Positions 15,388-29,389 of a DNA stretch of 64,000 nt are shown one piece after another (within the stretch, counting starts at the first letter, position 1; every line of letters starts with the position of its first letter). The notes beneath the pieces are model-generated. The model was not told the origin of the DNA, did not search any database, and saw nothing but the letters and a program-made list of their open reading frames with translations. The stretch is taken from positions 85,560,001 through 85,624,000 of the forward strand of contig OX597823.1 in the NCBI GenBank assembly GCA_951406725.2. The letters are read 5' to 3'. The position numbers were made by a program, and so were the translations under genes. This DNA comes from Octopus vulgaris (taxonomy: Eukaryota).

Positions 15388-16293
15388 GACATATATATGT
15401 ATATATAAAATACATATATGATATATATACACATACATATATATATATCTATATCTATCTATATCTACCTATCTATATATATATGTATATATATACACGC
15501 GGAGCGAGAGACACTGACAGAGATGTGTATGTGTGTGGGGATGTTTGTGTGCTAAGAAACAACTTTTGCAGAAACATAATACACTTCTAATCTTCAACAA
15601 GGCAAGCGCCGTCTTTTATTGATATTGTGTAAATTCTTTCTAAATAACGTGTGTTACATTTCTATTTTCTATAGGACCGAGCGCAGGCCTTTTTGCCTTT
15701 CACTCACCATTAACACTTGTATTCTATTATTTCGTGACGAAGAAGAATTTTATTTGAACACAATAGAATACAATACAATACCATAACTGCTGCAAGCAGT
15801 TCTTTCTTTTACTTTTATTTCAAATTAATTCCATTTTTATTATTTGGCCTTCTTTTCTGTTTTCATTTGGCTTTCTAATAAAGTATTCCTCATGATATAT
15901 TTGTTGTAATGTGTGCAAGCATCATTTACACATACACGTACAAAGCCGTGCAGGCTCAGACACACATGCACACACACACGCACACTCACATACACACACG
16001 CACTTACACTCACACATTATATATATATAAATATATATATATACGGCAGATAAGAAAACGGAGAGGATATAATATCGACAGATCCTCTCCGTTTTCTTCT
16101 GTCGTATAAAACCATGGGCAGATAATTTATTTTTACCCCCGCCCATATATAATGCTCAATTCCGAGTTTGCCATGCGATAACTAGCACTTGACTATGAAT
16201 AATCGGTTACACTACCACCACTATATTGGATAGGTAATCCTTAGTTGGTTTCTCAACCTCTAATTCACACAAAAATTTATCTACCTATCTATC

Positions 16294-16328
<35 letters not shown>

Positions 16329-16332
16329 CAGA

Positions 16333-16480
16333 TAGTACAAGGTAAAATAGGGGTTATGAGGGTAACCCACAATGGGATATCAGTTATCCATTATACTGCT
16401 GATAAGTAATAAATAATGAAATTGTAATATATGTAAATTGATGATCGAAATGAATTTGTTCCTCCATTTTCTTATTTGTA
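16333..16480. repeat. Dispersed (TA)n-anchored repeat Y (second copy 17824-18011)
   Basis: TAGTACAA.GTAA.ATAGGGGTTATGAGGGTAACCCAC..TG.GATATCA.TTATCCA.TATACTGCTG ... TTCCTCCATTTTCTTATTTGT in both copies. Confidence 0.75.
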
Positions 16481-16739
16481 TTATATATAATAGATAAATA
16501 TATGCATATATACATACACATTTGTACATACCTACATATATATGTATATATACATTCATATATGGGTGCAGGACATAAAGAAAAGTTGAACACAATGAAA
16601 TACGAAAGCATAAAAATAAAAACATAGAAAAGTACTTTTTTTCGAACAAAGAAAAAAACAGAGAAACGAGACATGTAACATAAAGAATATTCCCCTTCTT
16701 CAGTTGTCCCTGATTCATCTACTCCACTTTTCGACGGCA

Positions 16740-16823
<84 letters not shown>

Positions 16824-17049
16824 ATATAGCTAGTATTGAGGGATTATTCATAAGCTCTCTGCACACTGGGCTAACAATACTGTTTAGATTAGTAAAGAAC
16901 TGAAGATCTCCAAGTATTGTTATGGTAGGTTCTATGGTTATCGTTTATGACAATTCCATATTGAAAATCCGTGGCTGGGCTCCAGTAAAATTGGTTTTAC
17001 ATAAATGTGTGTGTGTGTGTGCGAGTGTGTACTCGTGTCTATTTATGTG

Positions 17050-17085
<36 letters not shown>

Positions 17086-17218
17086 AGTTAACAAAATTCC
17101 TTTATTTTCGACATATGTTTCGAAGGCTGCATATTCCTGCATATTCTGATGTGAATTTGCTACCCAGGTATCGGTTAGCTTTCGAATTATCCTTAATAAG
17201 ATAATTCATTCAACTACC

Positions 17219-17253
<35 letters not shown>

Positions 17254-17501
17254 TTAAAACATTACTTTATATATACCGTAAATGGTCTTTTTACATACTG
17301 AACGCTGCTTGGTAAAATTATTAATTACTAATTAATTAATTTTCCCTTATAATTATTGACTATATATATATATATATATTTAGCAATTAAGGACAACTTC
17401 TTAATAAGGAAAACTTAACAAGAAATTATCGGGTAGATAGCGTGAAAAACCTCATAAGAGAAAAAATTTCGAAAATAATTCTTTCTCATTGAACATATTA
17501 A

Positions 17502-17788
17502 TTATATATAGAGGGCATTATTATACATACATGCCACAGCTAAGAGGGACAAAATTAGTCATTTCTACCAAAATGTTACTAATCCAATGAATGCAATTTT
17601 TCAAAGTAAGACATTTAAAAAATGGACTTGTATCACCTGTGATATCACAGGTGATACAAGTCCATTTTTTAAATGTCTTACTTTGAAAAATTGCATTCGG
17701 TTGGATTAGTAAAATTTTTGGTAGAAATGACTAATTTTGTCCCTCTTAGCGTGTGGCATGTATGTATAATAATGCCCTCTATATATAA
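17502..17788. repeat. Spacer-less palindrome, ~143-bp arms, centre 17643/17644
   Basis: ...GGACTTGTATCACCTGTGAT|ATCACAGGTGATACAAGTCC...; arms differ by about 3 single-base indels and a few substitutions. Confidence 0.95.
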
Positions 17789-17791
17789 ATA

Positions 17792-17829
<38 letters not shown>

Positions 17830-18009
17830 AAAGTAAGATAGGGGTTATGAGGGTAACCCACTATGTGATATCAATTATCCAATATACTGCTGGTAAAGCG
17901 CCCAAATACTAAATACATAAATGCTTATAATTGTAATGCAATTAATTCTTTTATTGTATTGGATGGGTGAAGGTAAAATATTTAACCGTAATTCCTCCAT
18001 TTTCTTATT

Positions 18010-18047
<38 letters not shown>

Positions 18048-18104
18048 ATTCGTAGTAAAATATATCTATGAAGACGGGGAGCATGAAAACTGATGGTCAT
18101 ATTG

Positions 18105-18330
18105 GTTGCAAATTTTGGCACAAGGCCAGTAATTTCATCGATCCCAATGCTCCGCTGGTGCTTATTTCCTCGACTACGAAAAGATAAATGGTAAAGTCGA
18201 CCGCGACAGAATTCTAATTGAGAACGTAAGGTCTGACGAAATGCCGCTAAGCATTTTGATCCGCCCCTTTTACTTATTTCAGTCATTTGACTGTGGCCAT
18301 GCTGATGCACCGCCTAGTACTTATTCTATC
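18105..18330 (-). mobile_element. Adjacent SINE A and SINE B tail fragments
   Basis: GAACGTAAGGTCTGACGAAATGCCGCTAAGCATTTTG; TTTCAGTCATTTGACTGTGGCCATGCTG. Confidence 0.65.
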
Positions 18331-19464
18331 TGTATCTTTCAATAACTTTCAATGAGGGTCTCGTTTACTTTCAGAAAGTAAAAGACATCTACGAAGACGG
18401 GGAGAAGATCTGGCTTGATCCATCCTTTGTTATGAATGATTGCTCATACATTTTCTGTCTCAATCTTTCTCATTGTTCCCTATACTTAAATGTAATTTCA
18501 CACAGATTTACTCACTCAGGCTTCTGACATAAGCTTCTGATAAACACACAACGACCTGACACTTATGTCTCTATCTACGTAAACCTTTACATTTTTATCT
18601 TCGTTTCTCTTTTACCTATCGAAATACGCTTACAGCTTTCCTCTTTTATCGGAAAGCAAGTTGAAACATCAAGCAACGAAAAACGTTGACATGTGAAACT
18701 CTGTATTCTACATAAAGATTATATACGAAGAATACAACTTTCAGAATCAGCAAATAAAAGCACTTTACATATTATGGACGAACAAGTATACCATATATAC
18801 AGCAAGATTAGTATCATAGTATATAAATGTCAGTAAAGAAATCAAAGAGATTAAAACGATTCCTATTTCTAAACTGGTGACGGAAATAGCTGCACGTCTA
18901 TATGAAAGGACCTCTCAAGTTGTATACCACAGTATTCGAAGCTCTAATAATATGCACCTATGTTTATTAGCATATAAAGATTGTCTTTCAGTAATAATAC
19001 TACTTCAGTTGCAAATATTTATTTTTCAATTAAAGGACATCTCAAATCTAATGCCACAGACTCGGCTCTAATAATACATCCAAGTTTAGAAGAATGTAAA
19101 TGCTGTCTTTCGATATACGCATATGGTGTAGGCGCCACAACAATGTAGGATTTGAAGGATTGCTTTCGTCCGTGGTAGAAGGCTTGACACGTTCACAGGA
19201 GACGTGGGTTTAAATTCTACAGATACTCTACGGCTTCTTCTATACAAAGAATTATTTAGCCTAACATTTACACGTCGTTATTAATAACTTTACCTGCTTC
19301 GAACATTCTTGTCCCCCCACCAATTTAAATTCAATTGTATTGATATATTACACACCCACATACATATGCTCACACCTAAATACATATATATACATACATA
19401 CGTGTATACGTACATGCATTACCGAAGTTATTCTTGTTGCTTATTTTGAGTATATATTTATATA

Positions 19465-19539
<75 letters not shown>

Positions 19540-19676
19540 GCGACGGAGGGTGTCAGAGAACCAACATTGCTACAAATTTGATCTAAAATGCCCTAATGCT
19601 GTAGGAAAAGCATATAATTGTATATTTATTTATATGCGAAAAGGGACTGTAATCGGCCAAAAATACTGATCAAAAA

Positions 19677-19730
19677 TTCCTTATACTGAACGTTCAGTTT
19701 CGGCTATTTCGGTGGCCTCTTCAATGAGAA
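19677..19730 (-). ncRNA. Hammerhead ribozyme-like motif with palindromic stem III (PLE-type)
   Basis: UUCUCA UUGAAGA GGC caccgaaaua GCC GAA ACUGAACGUUCAGU A/ UAAGGAA; C3U change and an imperfect stem I. Confidence 0.6.
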
Positions 19731-20051
19731 CCGTTCCCTCGGCTGATTCCGGGCGTAATTCTCTGTAAAAAAAAGAAAGGATTATTTAGCGAATCGCTAA
19801 TGTGTATACAAAAATAAACACGGTAATACATTGGCATGGCTGTTTATAGTAGTTTTTGTGTGTGCATACATACATACATACATGTGTATATATATAATGT
19901 ATGTATGTATGTTTAGACACACACACACACAAACGCACAAGCACAGAAGCTTTTGGGAATATCACGAAGCACACACATAGTGTTATAAGTATTAGGGTAT
20001 GAATATTGGGTTGAAAAGTTTGAAAATTTATAAAATTCATTTCTATGACAG

Positions 20052-20091
<40 letters not shown>

Positions 20092-20096
20092 TATAT

Positions 20097-20401
20097 ATCA
20101 CGTGATCACGTGACCGACCAGACCATCAGATGTTGCTACACATCGCTGGTCACAATGCGTTCGCATTGTTTTAGCCTACGAATGACGCCACCCCGCTGGC
20201 TAAGCGAGCAGGCCAACAGAAGAAAGAGTGAGAGAAATAGTGGTGAAAGAGTACAGCAGGGATCACCACCCCCTGTCGGAGCCTCGTGGAGGTTCTTTAG
20301 AAGTTTTCGCTCAACAAACACTCACAACGCCCTGTCTGGGAATCGAAACCGCGATCCTGCGACCGTGAGTCCGCTGCCCTGACCACTGGGCCATTGCGCC
20401 T
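20097..20401 (-). mobile_element. Full-length tRNA-derived SINE family C with RTE-like tail
   Basis: Head GGCGCAATGGCCCAGTGGTCAGGGCAGCGGACTCACGG..GGTTTCGATTCCC (A and B boxes); tail GTGACCAGCGATGT...CTGGTCGGTCACGTGATCACGTGAT. Confidence 0.85.
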
Positions 20402-20447
<46 letters not shown>

Positions 20448-20579
20448 ACACACACACACATATATATATATACATACATACATACATACATACATACATA
20501 CATACATACATGAATATATATATACACACACACACACACATATATATATGTATATTTAATATATACATATGAATATAAA

Positions 20580-21340
20580 ACTTACAGCGTACACTGGTCC
20601 ACGGGGTATTGGAATCTTGCAATCCCAAAGCCTAAATCAGTGAGGGCTTTGGGTGTTTACATGAATGATGATATCTCTTTCCAAGTGCACATTACCAGGA
20701 TGGCAACAAAGTGCAGTGGACCTGATGGACGGATCCTGAGAACATTCAGAACCAGAGAGAAGGAAGCCATGATGGTCCTCTGCAGGACATTTGTCCCCAG
20801 CTACCTGGATTACTGCTCCTAGCTATGGTCACATAACAGTGTAAAATTAACAGCGAACCTTGAAGCAATCCAGCGAAGCTTCACATAGAAGATAGTTTCA
20901 TTGCAACAGCTCAGCTACTGAGAAAGGCTGAAATATCTAAAACTTTACTCCCTGGAGCGAAGGCGGGTGAGGTATGCAGTAATATACATCTGGAAGATCC
21001 TGTTTGGCATTGAAAGCAACACCAATGCCAGAACGCGTTGTCACTGCAGAGTGCCAACGATCCCAGAAATTCCATCGTGTTTCAGGAAGAGTTACTACAA
21101 CAGCTTGGGTTTCAGGCACCTACAGCGTTTTAATATTTTCCCCAAGAGCCTGAGAGACCTACACAAAGTGGATGTAGATGTTTTCAAATCAAACCTGGAC
21201 CTACCTCGCGGCAGGAGATGCAAATGAAGGTAGCAACATCAAAATCCCTTATTCACCAAATGCCACCTATTGGAGGAGGCTCTCAATACTAACAGTGTAG
21301 CAAAATGTCAATGCCCCAGCATGGTCACAAATTTTGAGTT
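20580..21340 (+). mobile_element. CR1-like LINE 3' fragment, pseudogenised
   Basis: VRALGVYMNDDISFQVHI, ILRTFRTRE, LDYCS, LKLYSLERRR.RYAVIYIWKI with stops; tail TGCCCCAGCATGGTCAC. Confidence 0.85.
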
Positions 21341-21369
21341 AAAAAAAAATATATATATACATAAAAAAA

Positions 21370-21413
<44 letters not shown>

Positions 21414-21489
21414 ATGTATGTATATCTGAAAAGCCCTTCAAGATAGAACAACTTGTAGTTTATAAAATTCATTCGTATGACATTAGCAA

Positions 21490-21556
<67 letters not shown>

Positions 21557-21866
21557 ATATATATATATACACCTTTATATAAAGGCAGGAACAAACGTTA
21601 TATACACCTGTCACCCATACAGTGAACGCGCAGACATGCACGGAGACGCCTGTATGGAGACGAATCATTCTTCTGCTGTATAAAACTTTCTCATATCGAT
21701 TGTATTGATAACAAGGGATTATTTCTTTATAAGAATGCATGTGAAATTTGTTGTATGACTGATATTTTGAATTCAATTCAATATGTTTTATTTCCTTTTA
21801 TTGTCATATTACAAGAATTTCAAGAACGAACATTGTTATAAAGGAAGAAGAGGTGAATAGTGTTTA

Positions 21867-21921
21867 TAATAATAATAACAACAACAATAACTACAACAAC
21901 AACAACACCAACAACAACAAC

Positions 21922-21986
<65 letters not shown>

Positions 21987-22480
21987 TAATAATAATAATG
22001 CGAAGGAAGAGGGGAAGGGGGAGGACGAAGAGACGAAGAGACGAAGAAGAAGAGGAAAAAGGAAGGAAGAGGAGGAGGATAATGATGACGACGACGATGA
22101 AGAAGAAGAAGAAGAAGAAGAAGAAGAAGCAGGAGAAGACGAAGCAGAAGAGGAAGGAGGGGGACGATGACGACGACAACGAAGAGACGAAAGAGAGGAA
22201 TGACTACGACGACGACGACGGTGAAAAGACGAAGAAGAAGAAGAAGAAGAAGAAGAAGAAGAAGAAGAAGAAGAAGAAGAAAAAGAAAAAGAAGAAGAAG
22301 AAGAAGAAGAAGAAGAAGAAGAAGAAGAAAAGAAGAAGAAGAAGAAGAAGAAGAAGAAAAAAGAAGAAGAAGAAGAAGAAGAAGAAAGAAGAAGAAGAAG
22401 AAGAAGAAGAAGAAGAAGAAGAAGAAGAAGAAGAAGAAGAAGAAGAAGAAGAAGAAGAAGAAGATCAGCAACAACAACAT
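21867..22480. repeat. Compound trinucleotide microsatellite (AAT/AAC, GAC/GAG, long (GAA)n ~22229-22463)
   Basis: Directly visible. Confidence 0.95.
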
Positions 22481-22699
22481 GAAAAATAATCTCTCTTTTT
22501 TTTCTGCTAACAGCAAGGTTTCTAAGTAAAAAATTCTGAAGGAAAACTAAGCTGGAATGCGTGCAAAAAAGATGTTTGGTTATAAAATAACGAGAAATAG
22601 GCTGAGGGATGTTACAAAACAATTATTTACATGGATTATATTTAAAAAAAGACACACACAGGGTTAAAAAGAACAATTAAATTATAATTATGATAATAT

Positions 22700-23045
22700 T
22701 TCGGTTTAAAATTTTGGCACAAGAGAGAAGTGGTGTAGGTAGTTTACATCGGTTCCTGCGTTCAACTGGCGCTTGTTTTATTGACCAAGAATGGAGGAAA
22801 AGCAAAGTTGACTGTGGCGGAATTTGAACTCGGAACGAAATACTTCTACGCACCTTACCCTTACTCTGCCAGCTCGCCGCCTTAGAACAAATAATATCTG
22901 TTATCTATTATTTCTTTCCTTGTTTCAATCATTTGACTGCGGCCATGCTGGGCCACCGCATTGAAGAATTTTTAGTAGAAGGAATAAATATATTTTTTAT
23001 CAAGTGGTACTTATTTTATAGGTCCTTTTTGTCAAGCAGTGGTGT
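22700..23045 (-). mobile_element. SINE A fragment plus SINE B tail
   Basis: GGCGGAATTTGAACTC...CTGCCAGCTCGCCGCC; TGTTTCAATCATTTGACTGCGGCCATGCTGGGCCACCGC. Confidence 0.65.
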
Positions 23046-23049
23046 AGAA

Positions 23050-23103
<54 letters not shown>

Positions 23104-23279
23104 CAGACACACTGGTATTATGATTTTATGATTCAGTGCGACCATGAGTTAGGAAACCAGATATAGTGTTAATTTAGCAAGAAAGCAAACAATGCTTTCG
23201 CATAGATATAGCATACCCAGATGACAACAAGTTATGCAATAAGAAAGAAAGAAAAGTCGATAGATATGTTATCACATAC

Positions 23280-24080
<801 letters not shown>

Positions 24081-24497
24081 TCAGATCTTGGCGCAGGGCC
24101 AACAATTTTAAGAAGAGGGGATTACGGGATTCCATTCGCTTCAGCATTTGAAAGATATTTGATGGTTGGAGTCCGAAAGAATGAGAGGCATTTTTGCGAC
24201 GTTGTAACGAAAGAACGTACGTTTGTATAAACGTACTCTGTGAATTATTAGAATGCAAATTACAATTCCGTAACGCAAAATATTTTTTCATTTATATCTA
24301 TGTTACATGGAAATAAATGAAAACGAAATTTAAAGAGAATAAACTCTACGGTACGGAACTGCACGCTAAAGCTACATTTTATTTTCTTGGATGCAACACA
24401 ACTGTAACAACATCAGTGATCACAATACACACACTCAAAAACACACACACACATACACACACACTCACACACACACGCACATATATATATACATATA

Positions 24498-24660
24498 TAC
24501 GTCGGGCTTCTTTCAGTTTCCGTCTACCAAATCCACTCACAAGGTTTTGGTCGGCCCGATGCTATAATAGAAGACACTTGCCCAAGTTGCCACGCAGTGG
24601 GACTGAATCCGGAACCATGTGGTTGGTAAAGAAGCTACTTACCACGCAGCCACTCCTGCG

Positions 24661-24663
<3 letters not shown>
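24498..24663 (-). mobile_element. SINE family B, 5' half
   Basis: Minus strand reads GGCGCAGGAGTGGCTGCGTGGTAAGTAGC..GGTTCCGGATTCAGTCCCACTGCGTGGCAACTTGGGCAAGTGTCTT. Confidence 0.8.
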
Positions 24664-24703
<40 letters not shown>

Positions 24704-24911
24704 ATATATATGTATGCATGTATGTATCTATGTATCTGTGTTGTTATCTCTGTATATATGAGTGAGTTTATACTATACTTAAAAACAAGTATATACTCGT
24801 GAATAAACAGAATCCTATGTATAGATATGTAAATGTATGTGTGTGTGTGTGTATTTACGATTATATTTACAGATTCATGTATACATATCTATCTACCTAT
24901 CTAGTATATAC

Positions 24912-24983
<72 letters not shown>

Positions 24984-25904
24984 ATATATAGATAGATAGA
25001 TAGATAGATAGATAGGTAGGTAGATAGGTAGGTAGGTAGATAGGTAGGTAGATAGATATCGATATATATATATATATATATATATACACATTTATAACAA
25101 TAAATATATAACAATAAAAGATATATAAATTATTATGCGTGTGTGTGTATGCGCTTCTATATACATACATACACACGTACATACGTACATGTATAATACA
25201 TGTTTCTGTACATCAATACGAGTGCAACTATGAGTGGTACACATTCCTTTTCACCCCATTTTACTAACATAATACGACAAAGCATAATACAGCAACGTTT
25301 GTCACAGCGCTCCTCCATTATATTCTCTTTACGTCTCTCTCGCTCTCAGGGTGTAACTTATAATGCACCATTCTTTCTGATATGTTGGTGAATCGTAATT
25401 CTTTTTGTCTTGGCTAGTGGGTGGCCATTTCACAAATCATATTATTTCTCCTATTTCTCCTTCCCTTTCTTCTTCTTTTTTTGTGTGTGTGTATAATGTA
25501 CCAGTATACTTATATCTGTGTGTGTCTGTGATTTTTTTTTTTAATAATATTGTACTGAAATCTGTTCCACGTTGAATTCCCGTGAAATATGTATCACGTT
25601 TTGTTTGTATACAAATGGTATTGTTCTAGCTGTTTTAAACTTATCAAGTAATACATATGTTTCAGTTTTGTAAGCCCATTGTGGCGAACTTATTTTATAT
25701 GTTTCTTGTACAATGCTAAGTATTTTCGAAGCATTGTAGCAATTTGCAGCTGCTACAATTACTCTTTCACTTCTTTCTTTCTTTGTTTCTTTCCTTCTTT
25801 CTTTGTTTCTTTGTTTGTTTGTTTCTTTCTTTCTTTCATTGTTTTGTTTACGTATCGTATACATGCGAAAAATAAATACGTAGAATTGTGTACTTGTTCA
25901 TTTA

Positions 25905-26115
25905 TTCTTTTTACTTGTTTCAATCATTTGACTGCGGCCATGCTGGAGAACCGCCCAATTAGCCAAGCAAATCGACCCCAGGACTTACTCTTTGTAAGCC
26001 TAGTATATATTCTATCGGTTTCTTTTTGCTGAACCGCTAAGTTAGGGGACGGAAGCACACCAACATGGGTTGTCAAGTGGGTGTGGGGACAACCACAGAC
26101 ACACAAGCATGCACA

Positions 26116-26198
<83 letters not shown>

Positions 26199-26363
26199 TC
26201 GATGGTCTTCTTTCAGTTTCCATGTACCAAATCCACCCACAAGGCTTTAATCGACCCGAGGCTATAGTAGAAGATACTTGCCCAAGGTGTTGCGCAATGG
26301 GACTGAACCCAGAACCATGTGGTTGGTAAGCAAGCAACTTACTACACAGCCACTCCTGCGCCT
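25905..26363 (-). mobile_element. Full-length SINE family B
   Basis: tRNA-like head GGCGCAGGAGTGGCTGTGTAGTAAG, CCTTGGGCAAGT core, internal (TA)(TG), tail GGCGGTTCTCCAGCATGGCCGCAGTCAAATGATTGAAACAAGTAAA. Confidence 0.85.
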
Positions 26364-26499
26364 ATACTTATTCACATATTAAACATAGATGATTGTCTCC
26401 ACTAAGTAAAAACATTCCCAGGAAACTGAATTATAATACTTTAAAGAAATAAGGCAAAAGCCTAAAATATGTCTTGTGCTGGAGGTGGGGGTGTTTGTT

Positions 26500-27065
26500 G
26501 GAGGTAAAATTGTCACTATCCATAGGATTTTCCATTCAACAGCGACAGAACGATCCAGGGTAATCGATCACTGACAATTATTAAAAAACAGAGAATAAAA
26601 TACTTGCAGATTAATAGATATAAGTGTTCTCACTGATAAAAATATATTTGTAAAGGAATTTGACAAATTAAGAAAATATAAGGAATTGGAAATTGAAATA
26701 CAAAATATGTGGAATTTTAAAACGAGAAATCTTCTTTTTGTAGGTACTCTGGGTACGACAAAAAAGAGATGTCAGAAACATCCGGATAAGATCTCAGGAG
26801 AACCATGTCTCAGAGAAAGCCAAACGTTTATGCTGACAAGTACTGCCCAGATCCTTAGGAAAACCGTTTCCGCTTAAATGTCTGTGTTGTATTACATGAA
26901 GATATTTCACTACTTACCCTGGCACTTCTCCTCCCCAAGTTTCAGTCATGCTGTAACGTATCTTATCACTCGCCATAGGACACTGGGTGTGTCTCAGCGA
27001 TTGATTGTAACAAACAACCAGATTAAAAGTAAACAATCATGATGATGATGATGATGATGATGATG
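26500..27065 (+). mobile_element. R4/Dong-like LINE 3' fragment (restriction-like endonuclease) ending in (GAT)n
   Basis: KEFDKLRKYKELEIEIQNMWNFKT..VGTLG...STAQILRK, homologous to 57878-58117. Confidence 0.75.
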
Positions 27066-27260
27066 ACTGAAAATTTTGACAAAAGGTCAGAAATTTGGGG
27101 GTAGAGAATAATTCGATCGCCTCCTCCCAAGTGCTCAAATTATTTTATCGATCAAAGGCAAAGTTGACCACGGTGGCATTTGAACTCAGAACACATGGAC
27201 GGGCGAAATGCCGCAAAGCATTTTGCCCAGCGTTCCAACGATTCTGCCAGCTCGCTGCCT
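27066..27260 (-). mobile_element. SINE family A
   Basis: GGCAAAGTTGACCACGGTGGCATTTGAACTCAGAAC..ATTCTGCCAGCTCGCTGCC. Confidence 0.7.
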
Positions 27261-27659
27261 CCGGCTCCTAAAGAATTATTAGGAGGGTCTTAAGCACTTG
27301 AAAGACGGCTGAAAATATGTGGCTACCTAAAGTTACAGGTAGTAACCCGTTACCCACATAGAACCTACCAGGAATAAGACCGAACATCAGCCAAACCCTA
27401 ATATAAATGGATCTTTGAGTGCTTAGATTTCTTTGGAATTGCGAGGAGTGTAACGTGTTTTCCGAAGAGAAGTATCTTCATATGGAAAAACCTGGACTGA
27501 TATCTTACAAAAAAAAGCCTGGGTATCAGAAGAGAGATTTTCAAGGGTAATAGCTAATCTTGATTTTTGTTCTCTGAATGATACCCCCTGACCTTGGTAC
27601 TTAGGAAAATGAACATGGGGTACCACTTTAGGGAAAATCCCAAATAATCAACCCCCTGT

Positions 27660-28200
27660 TCTTAACAGATCATTAGAACCTGCCTGGCAAGTTTGAGACA
27701 CAAATGAGTTCCATGGTGAGCACGGTCTACTGTTTTAATGCTGATATTGAAATGGAACTTGGTGTTGCGCTCAAAATAGACTGGATGGGTTAAAATCGAA
27801 GCAGTTAATACATGGGAGATAGTATCACTTCTGCTGAAGTGATGATGAAGGCTGGAAATTTTGTGACTATGTGACTAAAGAAAATTTAAAGCATGAAATG
27901 AGCATGGAAGGAAGAGAAAAGTATGATCAGTTTTCAAGAGATATGAACACCAAGACAGATGCAGAGGGCCGGTTGCTTTGGATGAGGATGAGTGACCTGA
28001 AGATAGCAACAGAAGCACTCATATACGCAGATCAGGAACAATCGTTAAGGACCAATTATATGAAGGCAGAATGCACCACACTACGGATAAGGACTAATGC
28101 ATAATATGTAGTGAGAGGGGTGAAACGGGGTGGCACATCGTTAGAGAATGCCCGAAATTGGCACAACGCGATATGAGGCAAGAATAATCCATGGGGAAAT
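27660..28200 (+). mobile_element. R4/Dong-like LINE fragment (RT end plus CCHC finger)
   Basis: DMNTKTDAEGRLLWMRMSDLKIATEALIYADQEQSLRTNY..ICSE..ETGWHIVRECPKLAQ; closely similar to 54058-54339. Confidence 0.8.
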
Positions 28201-28664
28201 CATTTTCTTCTCCATTAACTCGTTGAACGCTAGTACACCAATGTATTTGTAGCCTTCCGTTTCCATTTGTATACACGAGTCTCTGTTCGGTAAATTTTCG
28301 CTGCTTGCCTCTTTTCAGATAGAGTATTCCGCCCTACTTGAGTTCAAATTCCATTCTAATATCAGCATTAAAACAGTGGACCGACCTCACCAAGGAACTC
28401 ACTTGGGTCTCAACTTTGCCATACAGCTTCAAAGACAGGATAATTAAAGTAGGAGGGAGAGAAAGAGGATAACTGGTATGAGTCGCCATGGAAAAAAATA
28501 CACACTCATTATTTTAAAGTGAATTGAAATGAAATTTGTTGAAAACTGGCTGTTTGTCAGGTAAATAGCTGTTTTAGATATATACATATGTGTGGATGTG
28601 TGTACATGTGCATGCACGTATGTGTGTGCTGTTATATATGTATGTATGTATATATGTATGAGTA

Positions 28665-28988
28665 GGGGTGAAAGCGCATGGCTCAGTGCTTACGATCGTG
28701 AGATTGTGAGCTCGAATCCCGGACCGGGCTGCGTGTTGTGTTCTTGAGCAAGACACTTTATTTCACGTTGCTCCAGTTCACTCAGCTGTAGAAATGAGTT
28801 CCAACGTCATGGTGCCAAGCTCTATCGGCCTTTGCCTTTCCTTTGGATAACACCGGCAGCGTGGAGATGGAAGGCCGGTATGCATGGGTGAGGGCTGGTC
28901 TTCCATAAACAAAATTGCCCGGACTTGTGCTTGGGAGGATAACTTTCTAGGTGCAATACCATGGTCATTCATGACTGGAGGGGGTCTC
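28665..28988 (+). mobile_element. tRNA-derived CORE-type SINE (family D)
   Basis: GCGCATGGCTCAGTG..GAGCTCGAATCCC; GTGTTCTTGAGCAAGACACTTTATTTCACGTTGCTCCAGTTCACTCAGCTG. Confidence 0.75.
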
Positions 28989-28991
28989 AAT

Positions 28992-29037
<46 letters not shown>

Positions 29038-29157
29038 TGATATATTTATAATTATATTCACTCATTGATATATATGCATAAACATATAAGTATGTATGGA
29101 TATATATATATATATGTATGTATATATATTCATAATTGGAGAGATATGCATATACAT

Positions 29158-29212
<55 letters not shown>

Positions 29213-29259
29213 TATCTGTATCTATATCTATCTGGCTCCACACACACACGCACACATAA

Positions 29260-29311
<52 letters not shown>

Positions 29312-29389
29312 GAGGAAGCAGAGCAGATGCTAAAAATTATAGGCCTATCTCGCTAGCCTTACACAACAGTTAAATCAGGGAACGAATAT

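Noticed and set aside
18055-18404. 27-bp direct repeat flanking SINE fragments as a TSD
   Set aside because: The repeats do not abut the SINE ends; they are more likely an unrelated small duplication.
20330-20401. Possible tRNA gene
   Set aside because: It has A/B boxes but no acceptor stem closure, and it continues into a SINE body and LINE-like tail.
21820-22622. Long poly-N/K/E/R/L/S ORFs in six frames
   Set aside because: Trinucleotide microsatellite open in all frames; no evidence of coding.
27685-28421. ~75-bp inverted repeats (27685-27760 / 28346-28421) as transposon TIRs
   Set aside because: The repeated sequence is R4/Dong RT coding sequence (TVYCFNADIEMEL), so these are two LINE fragments in opposite orientation; no TSD.
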